64,000 bases of DNA from Podarcis bocagei (taxonomy: Eukaryota), in assembly GCA_964188305.1 (NCBI GenBank), contig OZ076892.1; one strand, written 5' to 3'. The first letter of the stretch is position 1, and the number at the start of each line of letters is the position of its first letter. Shown here in pieces: positions 1 through 36,032 of the stretch. Both the position numbers and the translations under genes were made by a program. Below the pieces are notes generated by a model that made no database searches, was not told the origin of the DNA, and was given only the letters and a program-made list of their open reading frames with translations.

Positions 1-1255
1 TGAAGTTTGACGAAGTGCGTTTCTTCATTTTAAACTCAGTAAAAAAATGTACTTCTACCATCAAGAATTTAGAAATTCATACTTTAGATGAGCAAGGCTA
101 TTTCTGAGGGAGATTAGTGGCTGGCTGCCTAGATGGTAGGGGCAGAACTGTGTTCTGCTCCCACATTTTATGAGACGGAAGACATGCTGCTCAGAGTTTT
201 GAATGGTGCCTCACTCTGCGCATGATGCTAAGCTTCATGCTAAACCATGGCTTCACATCAATGCATGGGTTCCCAGGGTGCTCTGCCTCTAGTGCTACTG
301 TGAGCTAAGCCATGTTTTGGCTTGGCAAGTCATCTGAACTGGGATGGTGGTTTGACTTATTCCAAACAAAATAGTTGAGTGAGATTTGTTCTTAGTTTGT
401 CTAGAGCCTGCCTTCTGCCCCTCACGTTGGGTGTCCTGTTCCTTGTAGGCAGGAACCCCCTCATTCAAGTGTGATGTGTGAACAGAGTATGCAGAGAGAC
501 ACTGCATCCTTCCTCATGGATTCTTCAACTATTCACATCCTTGCTCCAAACACACTTTTCACCTATAGTGATATATCATGGGAAAACATCATCTTTGTTA
601 ATTAGTCTGAGGGATGCTCTCTGCTGATGGTTATGAATAAAGTGGGGTGGGGTTGGTAGTACAGTGGGGAGAGTCCAGGATATAGGCCCAAATGAGCAAT
701 ATTTGTATAAATAAGGTTTCCAGTCTGTATGCTCTTGAGTCACAGGAACAACTTTTTAGTCATGCCTGCTAGTTTGTGTGACTAAATCCAACACACAGTT
801 TGGTTTGGTTATTTGACCAAGAATTTTTGTACAGTACTGTGGGGCAGAAGCGTTAGGGCTTCCCCTGCCATTACTTGAATAAATAAAAACTTAACAATTG
901 CTCAGACAGAAGCATTTTTGCCATAGGGACTGGGTGGTCCATTGGCGTGGGCACAATTGATCAGTTCAGTATGCAAATAGATTCATAACCCATGACGCTC
1001 ACACTGTGTAGTTGGTTTTGTAGCCTGTGGAGCTACTACACCTTAAATGACTAGGGGGAAGGGTAGGAAATCCATCTTCCTGCCCCAACCAGGATTAGCA
1101 TTGAACAAAGCTGTATCGGTGAAGCTTGGCCTCCTTGGCTGCTGCCTGTACCTCGTGAGTCTAGCCTTTGCCCAAGTGAGTCAGTCACTTGGCTAGAACC
1201 TCTCCCTTACATTGAGGAGGCTATCACCTGAACTCTCTTTCCTGGTCTGTTTCAG

Positions 1256-1333
1256 CTCCTAGCAGTTGGTGCAGTGCAGGAGATTGTGTGCTCTACCCCT
1301 TTGTATCAGCTGCCGACATTGAGGATAAGTGAG
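1256..1333 (+). other. RSPRY1: Candidate non-coding 5'UTR exon of RSPRY1
   Basis: Pyrimidine tract plus acceptor ctctctttcctggtctgtttcag| and donor gag|gtaact, 78 nt, no ATG. Splice signals only, no transcript evidence. Confidence 0.35.
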
Positions 1334-3768
1334 GTAACTTATTTTTCACCAATGCATCGCTTCTTTCTAGTCAACTTTCCAGCACCATTCAGATAAATAG
1401 AAGTGTGTGATGACCCATAACAGACCAGTGCTTGGAGGCTAGATGTGGACCAGTAAATTGAAGGTGAATCCTGAGACGACAAAGATGTTGTGTGTTCTGA
1501 ATTGCTGAGTCTAGGAGGTTGGAGATTACCTGTTCTGGATGCGGCTTCACTCCCCTGGAAGTAGCCGGTTCATAGCTTGGCGGTGCTCCTAGATCCACTA
1601 CTGCCCCTGGAGGTTTAGGTAGCCTTGGTGACCTGAAGTGCCTTTTTTCCAGCTATGGCCCCCTTTGGAGAGAGACGACCAGTGTACTCTACGCCCTGAT
1701 ACTGTTCAGACTGGACTATTGCATTGTGCTCTGTGTGTGGAATCCCTTGAAGACTATTTGAATACTTCCACTGGTCAGAAATGCAGGTCCAGAAGAGGGC
1801 TCTCTCTGTGTCAGGCCCTAAATTATGGAGTTTCCTCCCTGCAGAAATGTGTCTGGAATATTTATTGTACATTTATTGTACAGGTGAAGATTCACCTCTT
1901 AAACCGAAGTTTTAATTCTGCTTTGTGGGACCCACCTCTTTTGTTGAATTTATATCATTCTGCCATGTTTTTAAAAAAATGGTTTTACTAGTTCTATAAT
2001 TATAGCAATTTTATCCAGTTTTATAATTGTATATTACCAGTATATTGTTTTAACTCTCCCTGAGACCTTATGGTGAAGACTAGGTAAGAAATTAAATCAA
2101 TCAATTAATTAATTTCCCCACCTTTTCTTAAAAGTATGTCATATGATTGTGACCCAAACTTGAGAATTGGCTTCCATAGGAGATTTAATGAAATTATAAT
2201 CTTCTAAACCTTTTAGCTCAGTTTCATGTTAATGTGTGCCTGGTAATGTGGAATGATTTGCATAAGGAAATTTTCTAATGCTCTAGACTAGAGATTGTAA
2301 TTCTCTTGCTTATTTGACTTCATTTAGAAAACAAAGTTGAAGAAATAGCCAAGCTTTCTTTGCATTGTGTTTGCTGTACTTGTACTTCCCACTTCCAAGC
2401 CAAGCACTGCAGAAATATTTCTCCGTTTAAGAAACACCTCTGCAGTTATGACCTACACGTCAGCAAACCCTAAGTTTGGATTGTGGATAAAACTGATGTC
2501 AATCATACATGAAAAATGATTTGCAATGTTTGCTTACCATATGTGCCCCATTTCTAGGAAGTAGGATTTGAAGAGAGTAACCCCAAATATAATCTAAGAT
2601 TTAGACTGCACCATTCTTGGTCATAAAGCAAATGAATAGTTGGTGTTTTGTTAGTAGGGCTAATTTTTGTTTTAAATGGAGGGTCTGGGGAAGCTTGTAC
2701 ATGGGGACCATTGAGTCTCCAAAACAGAAACTTCTCAGGTGCCAATTGCAAATTTACACTTAGAAAACCAAAAATAAGGTTCTTATAATTGCATATTACT
2801 GTTTGGTTTTTAAACAGTAATTTTTACACTTCAGAAAATTGCCAAGCTCTTTCTGATTCAGGCAAGTTTAATAACAGAATTAGAATAAATTTCTGGCATA
2901 GTATGATAGGGAGGTTTAACCAGACCCAAAATCCAGTTTGCACATGGGCATTCTTGTTTTCTTTGCAGAAACAGTCAAGCCACATTTTCTCTCTCTTTGA
3001 AATGCAATTAGTATCTCTGTGTTAACTTTTTGTGAGTTGATTCTCTTAGAGCTATGGGTTTTATATATTTACAATGGGTGAGGGGAAAATCCAGCTATTA
3101 CTGAGTTAAGACTGGAAACTGAAAAGTTGAAGTCATCCCTGTATTCAACTTTGGCTTCTTGGCAAGAATTCAGAGTGGGCAGGGTTTTTCCACAATGAGG
3201 TGATTATGGTTGAGTGTAAGGAAACACTTGAGGCTGTGAATCATTGATTCCTTCCCTCCTTACTCTAGAGGCGCCTGCGCTCAAAACCATTTCCAGCCAA
3301 GTTCTTAGCTGACCACTTCTGCTGAGTTGTTTGGACCAGGAAAATTTGGTGGGATGATCATATAGATGTCGTACGTTACATTGGATAACATGTTAAAATT
3401 ACGAGTGTGGATGTCTTTTTATTGGAGACCTTCCCATAGAAATAGTGCCTGTGGAGCAAGCCTGTTCAGCTTTTTGTTTCAGGCAGTGCACAAGGGGAAA
3501 TGTGCATTCTACAGTTAGAATTGTTCAGTAAATTAAGGAACCAAATTTGCATGCTTCATATTCTGTTGCAAGTGGTATACCCCTGTGTTTGCAGAAGCTA
3601 GATTTATGCACTTTTTAATATTACGAATTGGAATATAGGGGGAGGAGACCAGCTTTTTTCACAAAGGGTGGCAGTTCATTCCTAGAGTTTCTGAGAAATT
3701 AAGTATTGTGTAGAAAAATCAAGTGTTCTTTTAAGTCTTTATTTTGTTACGCTGGCTCATAGTAGGCA

Positions 3769-3771
<3 letters not shown>

Positions 3772-3808
<37 letters not shown>
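3772..3808. repeat. (TG)n microsatellite
   Basis: ~18 units. Confidence 0.97.
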
Positions 3809-3809
<1 letters not shown>

Positions 3810-5984
3810 GTGTGTACGCGCTAAGAAAAGGAGAGTATCAGGTGTCAAAAAGTATTTATTTCTAGTGTTGTGCCTGGAGCCCACAAAAATAGAACTCTTG
3901 TTGGAAGAATTTGTGTCTGATGCAATCAGTTGGCAAACATGTTGCTAAAAATACATGTACTGTAGTAGTTAACAGAGAGCAGCTGAAAGAGGCTGGTATT
4001 TGGGAGTCCTCGTGCTGCTTCCTTGATTCACAGAACTAGCAGTAGCCAAGTCTAGTTTTCATCAGTACTGTATTAGCACTTCCCAATGTGTGTGTTCCTC
4101 TGATAAGCAGAGGTGACCAAAAGCATGCTGGCTATTTGAAGGGAGTTATTGAACTGTCTGACAGGCAGACCACGCAAGGCCTGCTGATAGTAGGGCCAAA
4201 AACCCTTGCTTGGAAGTTGTTGTTTTTCTAAGTTGTACTGTGCAATGCTTTCCAGACCTGTGAATGATACCCTTGGTTCCCAATGCATTTCTTGGCCACT
4301 AACACACTGGTTTGTGCATACAGCAAGTTACTGCAACTTTGTAGGGCTGTGAATTTTTTTGGATGATGGTTTGGAAATAATTAAGGCTGCTATATTTCAA
4401 AATTTCATAAATATATAGAACAGCACAATTTTATGTGGTAAGTTATACATAATGGGTTGTATCCATCATAGCGCTACATGAACAAAATGCATTGGATGGA
4501 CGGTGTTTAACTACCTTGTCTCATCAGTGCAAGGATTTCTGCTTGCGCAACAGAACATTATGCCCCCCTCCTTCCACTATGTGTCACCTAAGTCTGTTCT
4601 AGGGTTTCCCCTAACACTCCTGAGCAGATTTGGCAAAGGCACAGAGCACACAAGGGGGAGGAGGCGGGGAAGTCATGTTATGCAAACAGAAATCCTTGTG
4701 GTGATCAGACAAGGTAGTTGAACTTCATGCTATGCATTTTGTTCTCTTACAGAGGTAGAGTAAGTTGAGAGCTGATAAGGAAAGGTGTCGCATACACTTC
4801 AGTTTCTCCCCCTGCTCCCTGTGTCTTTTCACAAGGGACTGACTCATAGCTTCCACATTGCCAGAAATGTTCTGTCTCTGTTAGGGGTAGAGGGGTATGT
4901 GGCATATGTGAGACAAAGCTTAAACAAACGAGAAGCTAGAAATTGGCTGGCAGTGTTTTTTATAGGTTGACATACTTAAGTGAAAAATATAGGAAAAATA
5001 CAGACTTCAATCAAATTAGCTGTTATACCTGTATATATCTAAAGTGCATTAAGGTGTGGTGGCAGCTGAGGGTTACATAGACTGTTTACTGTGAGCTGTA
5101 AGATGACTGGTGCACAGATAACTTGTTTATGTATTGAGTGCCCAACAGAGCAGTTTTGCTTTCTGTAAGGGCTACTTAACTTCGCATTTGCAGCTTATCT
5201 TTGTCTTTGCAGCATGTGTAGAACTTCTTTTTCAGGAAACTGGCAAACTGAGGAGAGTAATAAGCTCCCCCTTCTTAGTTGAGAGTCTCCATCCCAAGTA
5301 CTGTGCTAATTCACTGGTTTTACACCATGGGTTGGCTCCTCATGATTTTAAGAGAAACTTGGACATTGTGCTTTGAAACCAAATTATGCGTGCTGTTATA
5401 TAGCCTGTAGCAGTTTAGGAAAAAATAAGGCAGAGGAACAACTTAAATAGGTTTGCATCAGTGTACCTTAATCCTAGGTGCACAGTCATTTCATGGGTTG
5501 TTGTAAGTTACGACGTTTCAAGATGATTGACTTGATGCTTCAGCCTCTAGGAATCTGTGAAACTGGGTTCCTCCCCTTCTTCTGCCTTACACACTGATGT
5601 GCTGGATGATCTAAATATACTGACTTTCAGGCTGTGTGATTATATATATATCAGTCATACACGAGAATGGTATATCTCATGTATGATGGAGCAATATGAC
5701 TAATAATGACGAATAACATCACTTACTTTCTATATTTAATCAGTAGAGCACTTATTTTCTCCCAATAGAGAGTGGTAGAAATTCTAACTGTAATCAACAA
5801 GTGAAAAATTAGTTCTCATTCTCGTTTAGAAACAAGTTATTCTAAGAGTCTTAGATTTTATTTGCCAGGTCCAAATCACTCACAGTAATTCCTTAATAAT
5901 TTGATATTAGAATAGCTTTACAGCTGGACAAAACAACAAGACAGGCGTTGAACCTGCTGTCACATGTGTGTATTGTCAACAGGG

Positions 5985-6141
5985 CTGTGGCATGCAAAAG
6001 ATCTCAGGTTCACTTCCCAGCATCTTCAGGTATCTCTGGGCGAGATCTTATCAGAAATTGTGAAGAGCTGCTGCCAGTAAATGTAAGCAATACTGAGCTA
6101 TATGGACCAATGGTCTGACTTGGAATAAGACAGTTTCCTGT
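5985..6141 (+). mobile_element. Degraded tRNA-derived SINE (family uncertain)
   Basis: B-box-like caggttcacttccc followed by gagctgctgccagt...actgagctatatggaccaatggtctgact tail; reverse fragment around 51667-51870. Confidence 0.6.
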
Positions 6142-8137
6142 GGAAAGCTTGGGTTTTAGTCATCACTGGGCTAAATGTGAGTTTTCACATAGATTAGTAC
6201 TTCCTACACCTTACCCGGGCTGGTTCAGGTAGGATTTTGGGTTGATAATCATCCAGGTAAATTGTACCTTGTTCCATTAAATTGTAGTTTTCATATTATG
6301 ACTAAGCTTTTATAAGTGGTGGTTTCACAAAAGCAGGTTATTTTGATAGTTATAGCTATGCCACTCTCAATATAGTGGTGTGAATTGGTCTAAAGGAAGG
6401 AAGGACCAGCCTATATGGAAAGTTCAGCTCTCAGTATCACTCTTCCCTGTTGTTGTTTTTTAAAGATTTACAAGCACCTTGCATTTTTTTAAATTAAGCC
6501 AGTTGATGCATTCCAGTCATTCACTGTGGAGGGCCATGTGTCATGAAGTCATGAAGTTACATCTCTTCCTCCTTTCTCCTTTTGCCACCCCGTGCTCAGA
6601 AGAGCTTTATGGTTACCCAAATATGGCAGCCAACTTAGTGCCAGTGCCAGCATCTGGCTTGCTTTTGGGAGGCACGTTCTGAGCCCTCCACCATCCCCAT
6701 CACTCTCCTCCCTCCACTGGCCTGGTCTTATTTAAGGTATTTCTATGCTGGCTTTCAGACAGACATCACAAAGCAGTTTATATAAACATTATTACAATAA
6801 TAAGAACTGATTTTTTAAAAACAACAACCAATGCAAAAGGCAACTGTTTGCTTAGAAGAAGCTGTGATGGTAACTTCTTTTCTGCTCTGCTGCAGAGTGG
6901 GTGGTTCTGCAAAGATTTCCTGGGTGACAGTTAGAGGAGGGAGGGGCCACCACTGGCAGCTGGACCTGGGCAGCTTACTAGGCTGTGGGTTTCGTTTCCA
7001 CTCTCTTCAGAGCAAGATAATTCTTCATAGACCTTTATGTGCCATTTCCTCCATCAGTTGACAAGTTGCCATTTGTTTCGGGGCATAATGCTAATGGAAA
7101 CTGACTGGGCAACTTGAATTGTGTGGGGTTCTTTACCCTGCTTTTTGATAGTTAGATAACATTTTTATTCTTGGTAAGCTGGCTGGAATATCAGAATACA
7201 CTTATTTTCAAATAAAGCATAGTAGAAGAGGCAACATGGTATATGGAGGGCTAGGCTGAAATCCATAGGTGTCTGGCTCCTTGATTTTTATTTTTATTTT
7301 AAATGCCCACCACTTAGTAAACTGATCTTTTTTTTCAACTTGAGGCTGGCTCCTGGAGAAACAGAAATATTTTTCAAGCTCTATACTGGCTGCACACTCT
7401 ACCTGCATTTCCCAGTGACCCAACTCCCTTGCAGCTGGCTTTGGACTCACACAAAGGAGTGGGAAGGACTTTACTACTGGCTGCCTCAAGAAACCTCGCA
7501 TTGATCATTTGTATTAGGATGGCGGGGATCTGGATGCAGTTTGAGCCTCCTCCAGGAACTGTGTATACGTGCATTTCCCTCTCCCGCTTCAGTTTACTTT
7601 GAGAACAGCATGTTAGAATGCTTCAGGGTGGGGATAAATTGGAGGCAATTGCGGTTGATTAGCATTTTTGTAGCCCTGGGTATCTGAACGGGACAGAATT
7701 GCAGTACTGGGCGCCTTAGCAGATTTGAGGATAAGAAGCAAGTTTTCCCTCTTTGTAGCATCAGCTGTTGGGTTTAAGGCAGGGTTGGGGAACTGGGCTG
7801 GGACTGATGGGAGTTGGGAGTCCACCAGCATCTGGAGGGTACAGGTTCCCTTTCTGGTGCAGGGCACAAAGGTATGCCAAATGGGAAATTAGGATTGTTT
7901 GCCTGCTTGCAAAGGAACTTGTTTGCTAGTCACATTATTTTACAATTTCAATCCAAGTTGATGGGCTTGTATTTTTTCTTACCCTCCAGGCCTCCTTTTG
8001 GATGACCAATGTGTATCTTCAGTGATGATGTCAGACACTTACCCAGCAATTCCCTGCCCATTCCAGTTGTTACAGACTCATATGATGCAAAAGCTGCAAT
8101 TCAGGATCCCAAAAACATTGCTTTTAAAACTGTCTAG

Positions 8138-31705
<23,568 letters not shown>

Positions 31706-33188
31706 CACGTGGGGAACTGTATCTCGTGAACTTCCCTCTGATCCATTCCATTCAGCGCTAGAAGGGAGAAAGGCAGCTCTGACCGAGCCACACACAAGCT
31801 GAGAGCCCCAACTGTGGCCCACTTTCACGCTGAACAGTAGACGGAAACCTGTTAAGTCGCCCTGCTGCCTCAGAGCTGTGGAATGTTCTTTTAGCAGAAA
31901 TGAAAGTTGGCGGCGAGACTTGAGCTACCTGTTGGTTTGTCTCCGACCAAGGTGGCTGGAGAGTCTGCCTCTTAAGTTTGTCCCCTGTCCCCTGTCCACT
32001 TCCCATTTCCTTTCTTCCGCTGCTCCTTCCACTTGCCCATTACATGTCAACAGTTTTGCACTGGAAACATAAAGCTCATAATCTCCTCTAATGGGGGCAT
32101 ATCTGTCTTCTAAAGCCTTTATTTCAGCAGCCGTCACACATTTAAAAACAACACCAATATTTCTTGGTCAATGTAGCTTCCTGCTGGTCAGAGACCCTCT
32201 GTATTTTGGACTGTTGACCTGAAAATGTTCAGACTTGAATTCTACATGAAGAAACTGATTTGTAAAGGAGGTGTTGAGATTCTAGAAGAATCCAAAATTT
32301 TTTTTGATAACTCTGTGATTCCAAAGAACATTGATTCTTCCACTACCACCACCTTTTTTTAAACTGCAGAAAACTGCATTTTCATTCATAGTGTTTCTAG
32401 TTCCTTCAATTTCAGTACCTACATTGTTGTCAAAAAAGAAGTGATTTTTCAGGAGGGATTCTTATAACTACAGTGCCAGATTGGAGATAGCTTGTTATTC
32501 TGGGTATTTTAAAAGGTACCATTGATTTCTCTCTCTCTCTCTTTTTAAATTCAGTATTTGTTCTTGCAAGTTCTGTATGTTTTGAAAGTATTGAGCTATA
32601 GAACTCAAGATCTGGAAAGAAAATGTGGAGAAACTCTGTTAATATTGTTTTGAAAGAAATACATGTTGTTTGAATAGCAAGTCAGCCTAGGTTGACTAAA
32701 CTACCATTTCATTTACATAGGCTCTAACAAACTTAGTCTGCCAAGCTCATGCCTATCCACTTGGCAAAACATGTGGGAAGGAGGGACACACAGTGCAACT
32801 TCTAGGGTTGCACAAACCAATATCAAAAAGCTCATGGGGCAATGTGCATATTGTGCCTCTGTGCAAGTGCAGAAAAATCACTGAAATCAGCTGTGTAAGA
32901 ATCTCAGCCTTAAAAGAAAGTAAGTTTCTAGTTATGGTTGCAAGGTACCTTTGGAAGGATATGTGAATAATGTCTGTTGAATTCTTAAGATGTTTAGACA
33001 TTGTTGAATCACATTTCCAGTGGTTCAGGATGGGGCTTCAGTTTCCCGTCTTAATTTATAGAGTGCTGAATCCAGCTTTTCTTGATTCATTAAAAACAAA
33101 AAGCAGTTGCAACAATTATTTATTTTATTAAAATTTCCTACCCGCTTTTCTTTATAAAGGAGTTCCAAAGCTGGGTACAATACCAATG

Positions 33189-33194
33189 AATAAA
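33189..33194 (+). terminator. Candidate RSPRY1 polyadenylation signal AATAAA
   Basis: Canonical hexamer ~1.5 kb after the stop at the end of an AT-rich tract; a second AATAAA lies at 33353-33358. Confidence 0.4.
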
Positions 33195-33204
33195 ACCATA
33201 AACT

Positions 33205-33338
33205 GGGATAGCTCAGTTGGTCAAGCTTGAGACTCTTCTCAGGGCTGTGGGTTCGAGCCCCACGTTGAGCAAAAGATTCCTGCATTGCAGGGGGTCAGAC
33301 TAGATGACCCTCATGGTCCCTTCTAGCTCTACAGTTCT
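33205..33338 (+). mobile_element. Short tRNA-derived SINE with CR1-type 3' tail
   Basis: A-box TAGCTCAGTTGG and B-box GGTTCGAGCCC, followed by gattcctgcattgcagggggtcagactagatgaccc...ggtcccttctagctctac, which matches the CR1 3' ends at 56930-56995 and 60850-60925. Confidence 0.85.
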
Positions 33339-35371
33339 TTGCTCAAACAAACAATAAAACAGTAACGTCAGCTGAGAGCACATAGACAGTTTAATAATAC
33401 CTGTTTACAAAGTGTGGCAACACAGATACCCCAAAACCTATTAATCCAGGAAAGTACCTCCAGGTGTATTGGGGGGGGGGGCTGTTGCCCATGATAACCC
33501 TTCATTGGGCTACCGGCCTGACAGGCTTTGTTTGGACTGATGTCCCTGATTCAAGACCACTCTCCTTAACCCCTGCCCAAGCCCTCTGTTCTCCCTCTTC
33601 CCACATTCCTAGCAGGATGCAAAATGGTGCCCTTTCAGAATCACTGCCTCCAACATGGTTCCTGCAGAGATACCCTCATAGTCATCCTTGGAAGAGGAGA
33701 TAAGATGGTTGTACAAAGTTCAGGGCTTTAGAATCTGGTCTCACCTGAAAGGGCGAGGAAGGTGTATGAATCTTCTAGTGGCCTCTTTCCCCAACACCGT
33801 GGATTATTCACCACATCTTATGGCCGTGCATCTTCTGCTGGCTTACTGGAGCTTGGGACCATAAGCCTGCAAAGTATTCTACTGCTTTATGTTTGAGGAT
33901 GTGTTGCTGCCTTTCGCTCTTCTTGCCAAGCAAAGATGCTGAGTTATGTATAGGCAGTTCCTTAGGTGGGTGACAATTCCCTTCTGTACGAGACAAGCTG
34001 TAGCTCCCACCCAGGGGTTTATTAGGTTGGCTGCAGTCAAAGGTGGCAGGCTGGGGGGGGGGGGTGTTATGCACAAAAATCAGAGGTCTCCACTCTACCT
34101 AAGAGCTTGCCTGCTCCCTGGGCTGCTCCTCTACTCCCCTGGGCAGCCAGGCAAGGTGCAGAGGCTCCTCTGGGTGCCTTGGTGTAATTCAGTTGCTGGT
34201 GTGGGGCATCACGGCAGCCCTGTGGGACCCTCTTCCCAGTCACCCTGTGACATTAGACAAAAAGCAAAATTTGAGTTTCTTGTCCATTGTCTCGCTGGCT
34301 TCAGAGGCACCAATACAGCCCCTTGCCAAGGACACAAAGGACAGGGGGCACCGATACAGCTCCTTGCCACTTGTCCTGGCTATGGTCTTGGTGCCTGAAC
34401 AGCCCTGCATTCCAAGAAGAGTAGAGTTGGGCAGTGCCCCTTGAACAATGGGTGTGTAGGGGGCTGCTGGGCTGAGGGTGGGTCAGAAAATCTTCCTTCT
34501 GTGTGATCTTAAATAAACTTGTTAATTCATTTTGAGATATTTCCACCTGTTCTTAAGGATACCTTTTCACAGGGGAATGGAGGGGAGTGGCAAAGTTTTA
34601 TCTTGCAATTCAAGTAAGCACTAAAGTCAGGATGCTGTCATATTAGCAAATCAACCAGAGATCAACAGCAATCTAATGGTTAAGTGTTCAAAGCAAGCCT
34701 TCCTCGCTGACCCTACCATAAAAATCACATGATTTTGTGTTATGCTTGTGTAACAAGCACGTTATTGTGGGTCCTCAGTCTGTAACTACTAAGTCAACAA
34801 TGTCAGCTGACATGTTTATTATGCTTCTGTCCTAGCTTGGCATGTGGCTCCTGACGGGTGGGTGGGTGTGAATGTTTTGCAAACAGGCAGGAAAGCCCTT
34901 CAATGTAAGAGACGTGTGTCATCCCATTTCACTGGAGAGCATGAAAGCAAACAAGAATCTAGTCAGGATGACCCTCTCCCAACAGATAATCTCAAGCAAG
35001 ATAAATAGTATACACATACACCCACAATGTGAAAACTGCTTTCCGGAGGGATTCGTCACTATACAACACCATTGCCCATATTTGGTCAACCACGAAGCTC
35101 ACTGGGTGGCCACTAAGTCTAACCTACCGCACAGGGTTGTTGGGAATTAAATGTCATGGGATAAAAAGGTGGGATGTAATTGCAATAAACAAAAGAAGAA
35201 CCCACTGGTTTGGCCACTGACAGCAGGATGCTGGGCAAACGGAGTCTTTAGCCTGCTCCGGCAGACAGGCCCGCCTATGTGAAGACACACTTCAGATACA
35301 GGCACCGAGCTCGGCGACTTTTAAACTCGACGCGTAGTTACCGTAAACACTGAAACTTTCGCAGGGGGCAA

Positions 35372-35637
35372 GATGGCCACCAACTTTAATACCGTTAAAA
35401 GAAGTTTGAATAAATTAACGGAGGAGAGGGCTACTATGCACAATGGCTATGGCATCCTCTGCCTCCATTGTCAGAGGCAGCAATGCCTTCTGAATACCAG
35501 CTGCAGGAAACCACAAGAGGGTGAGAGGGTTAATATGCTCAAATCCTGCTTGGAGACTCCGCAGGCGTGGGTCGGCCACTGCAAAAATGATGCTGGACCA
35601 AGTGGGTCGCCTTTAGCAAATTCCAGGAAGGATCTTA
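35372..35637 (+). mobile_element. Older CR1-family 3' end abutting the ARL2BP promoter
   Basis: gatggccaccaac...aaaagaagtttgaataaattaacggagga...ttctgaataccagctgcaggaaacc...ggccactgc..atgctggacc resembles a squamate CR1 3'UTR as recalled; related remnants at ~9490-9582 and ~35200-35260. Confidence 0.65.
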
Positions 35638-35639
35638 GT

Positions 35640-36032
35640 TGTTGCTGCTGCCGCCGCCGCCTACTTTGCTCGGCTCAGCCAAACTGGGCACCGCCACGTG
35701 GTCGGTGAGGCTGGAAGGGAGAGAACCGCCGCCCCCCCCCCCGCGCGCTTCCTCTGATTGGTTCTCTCCTTTTACGTTTCTTATTGGTCGGGAGAGAAGT
35801 CCCGCCTAGCCTCCTGTGATTGGCTCAGTTCGTTCAGCCTCACAATGATTGGTCAGGTAGGTGTGCGTTACCGGAAGAGGCCGTTTCCTAGGCAGCAGCA
35901 GCAGGAGGAGGAATAAGAAGAAAGAAAGAAGCGACGGCGGCGTTTGCAACGAACTCTATGGGGGAGGCCAAGGCCTTCGTCCCGCTCGTCGGTCTGCGGA
36001 GTGACGAGCTGGCGCTGCCTGTAGGAGGACAG
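35640..36032 (+). promoter_or_regulatory. ARL2BP: ARL2BP CpG-island promoter and probable non-coding first exon
   Basis: CpG/GC-rich tract with four ATTGG (reverse CCAAT) at 35757, 35783, 35819, 35848, GC boxes, ETS CCGGAAG 35871, X-box-like GTTTCCTAGGCAGC 35883-35896 and donor cag|gtagga at 36032. Confidence 0.8.

Noticed and set aside
33205-33275. tRNA gene
   Set aside because: Has A and B boxes but runs straight into a CR1-type tail; it is a SINE head.
33946-34398. 150-aa intergenic ORF as a novel gene
   Set aside because: No recognisable homology or composition bias, crosses a G homopolymer, and has no supporting exon structure on the plus strand.
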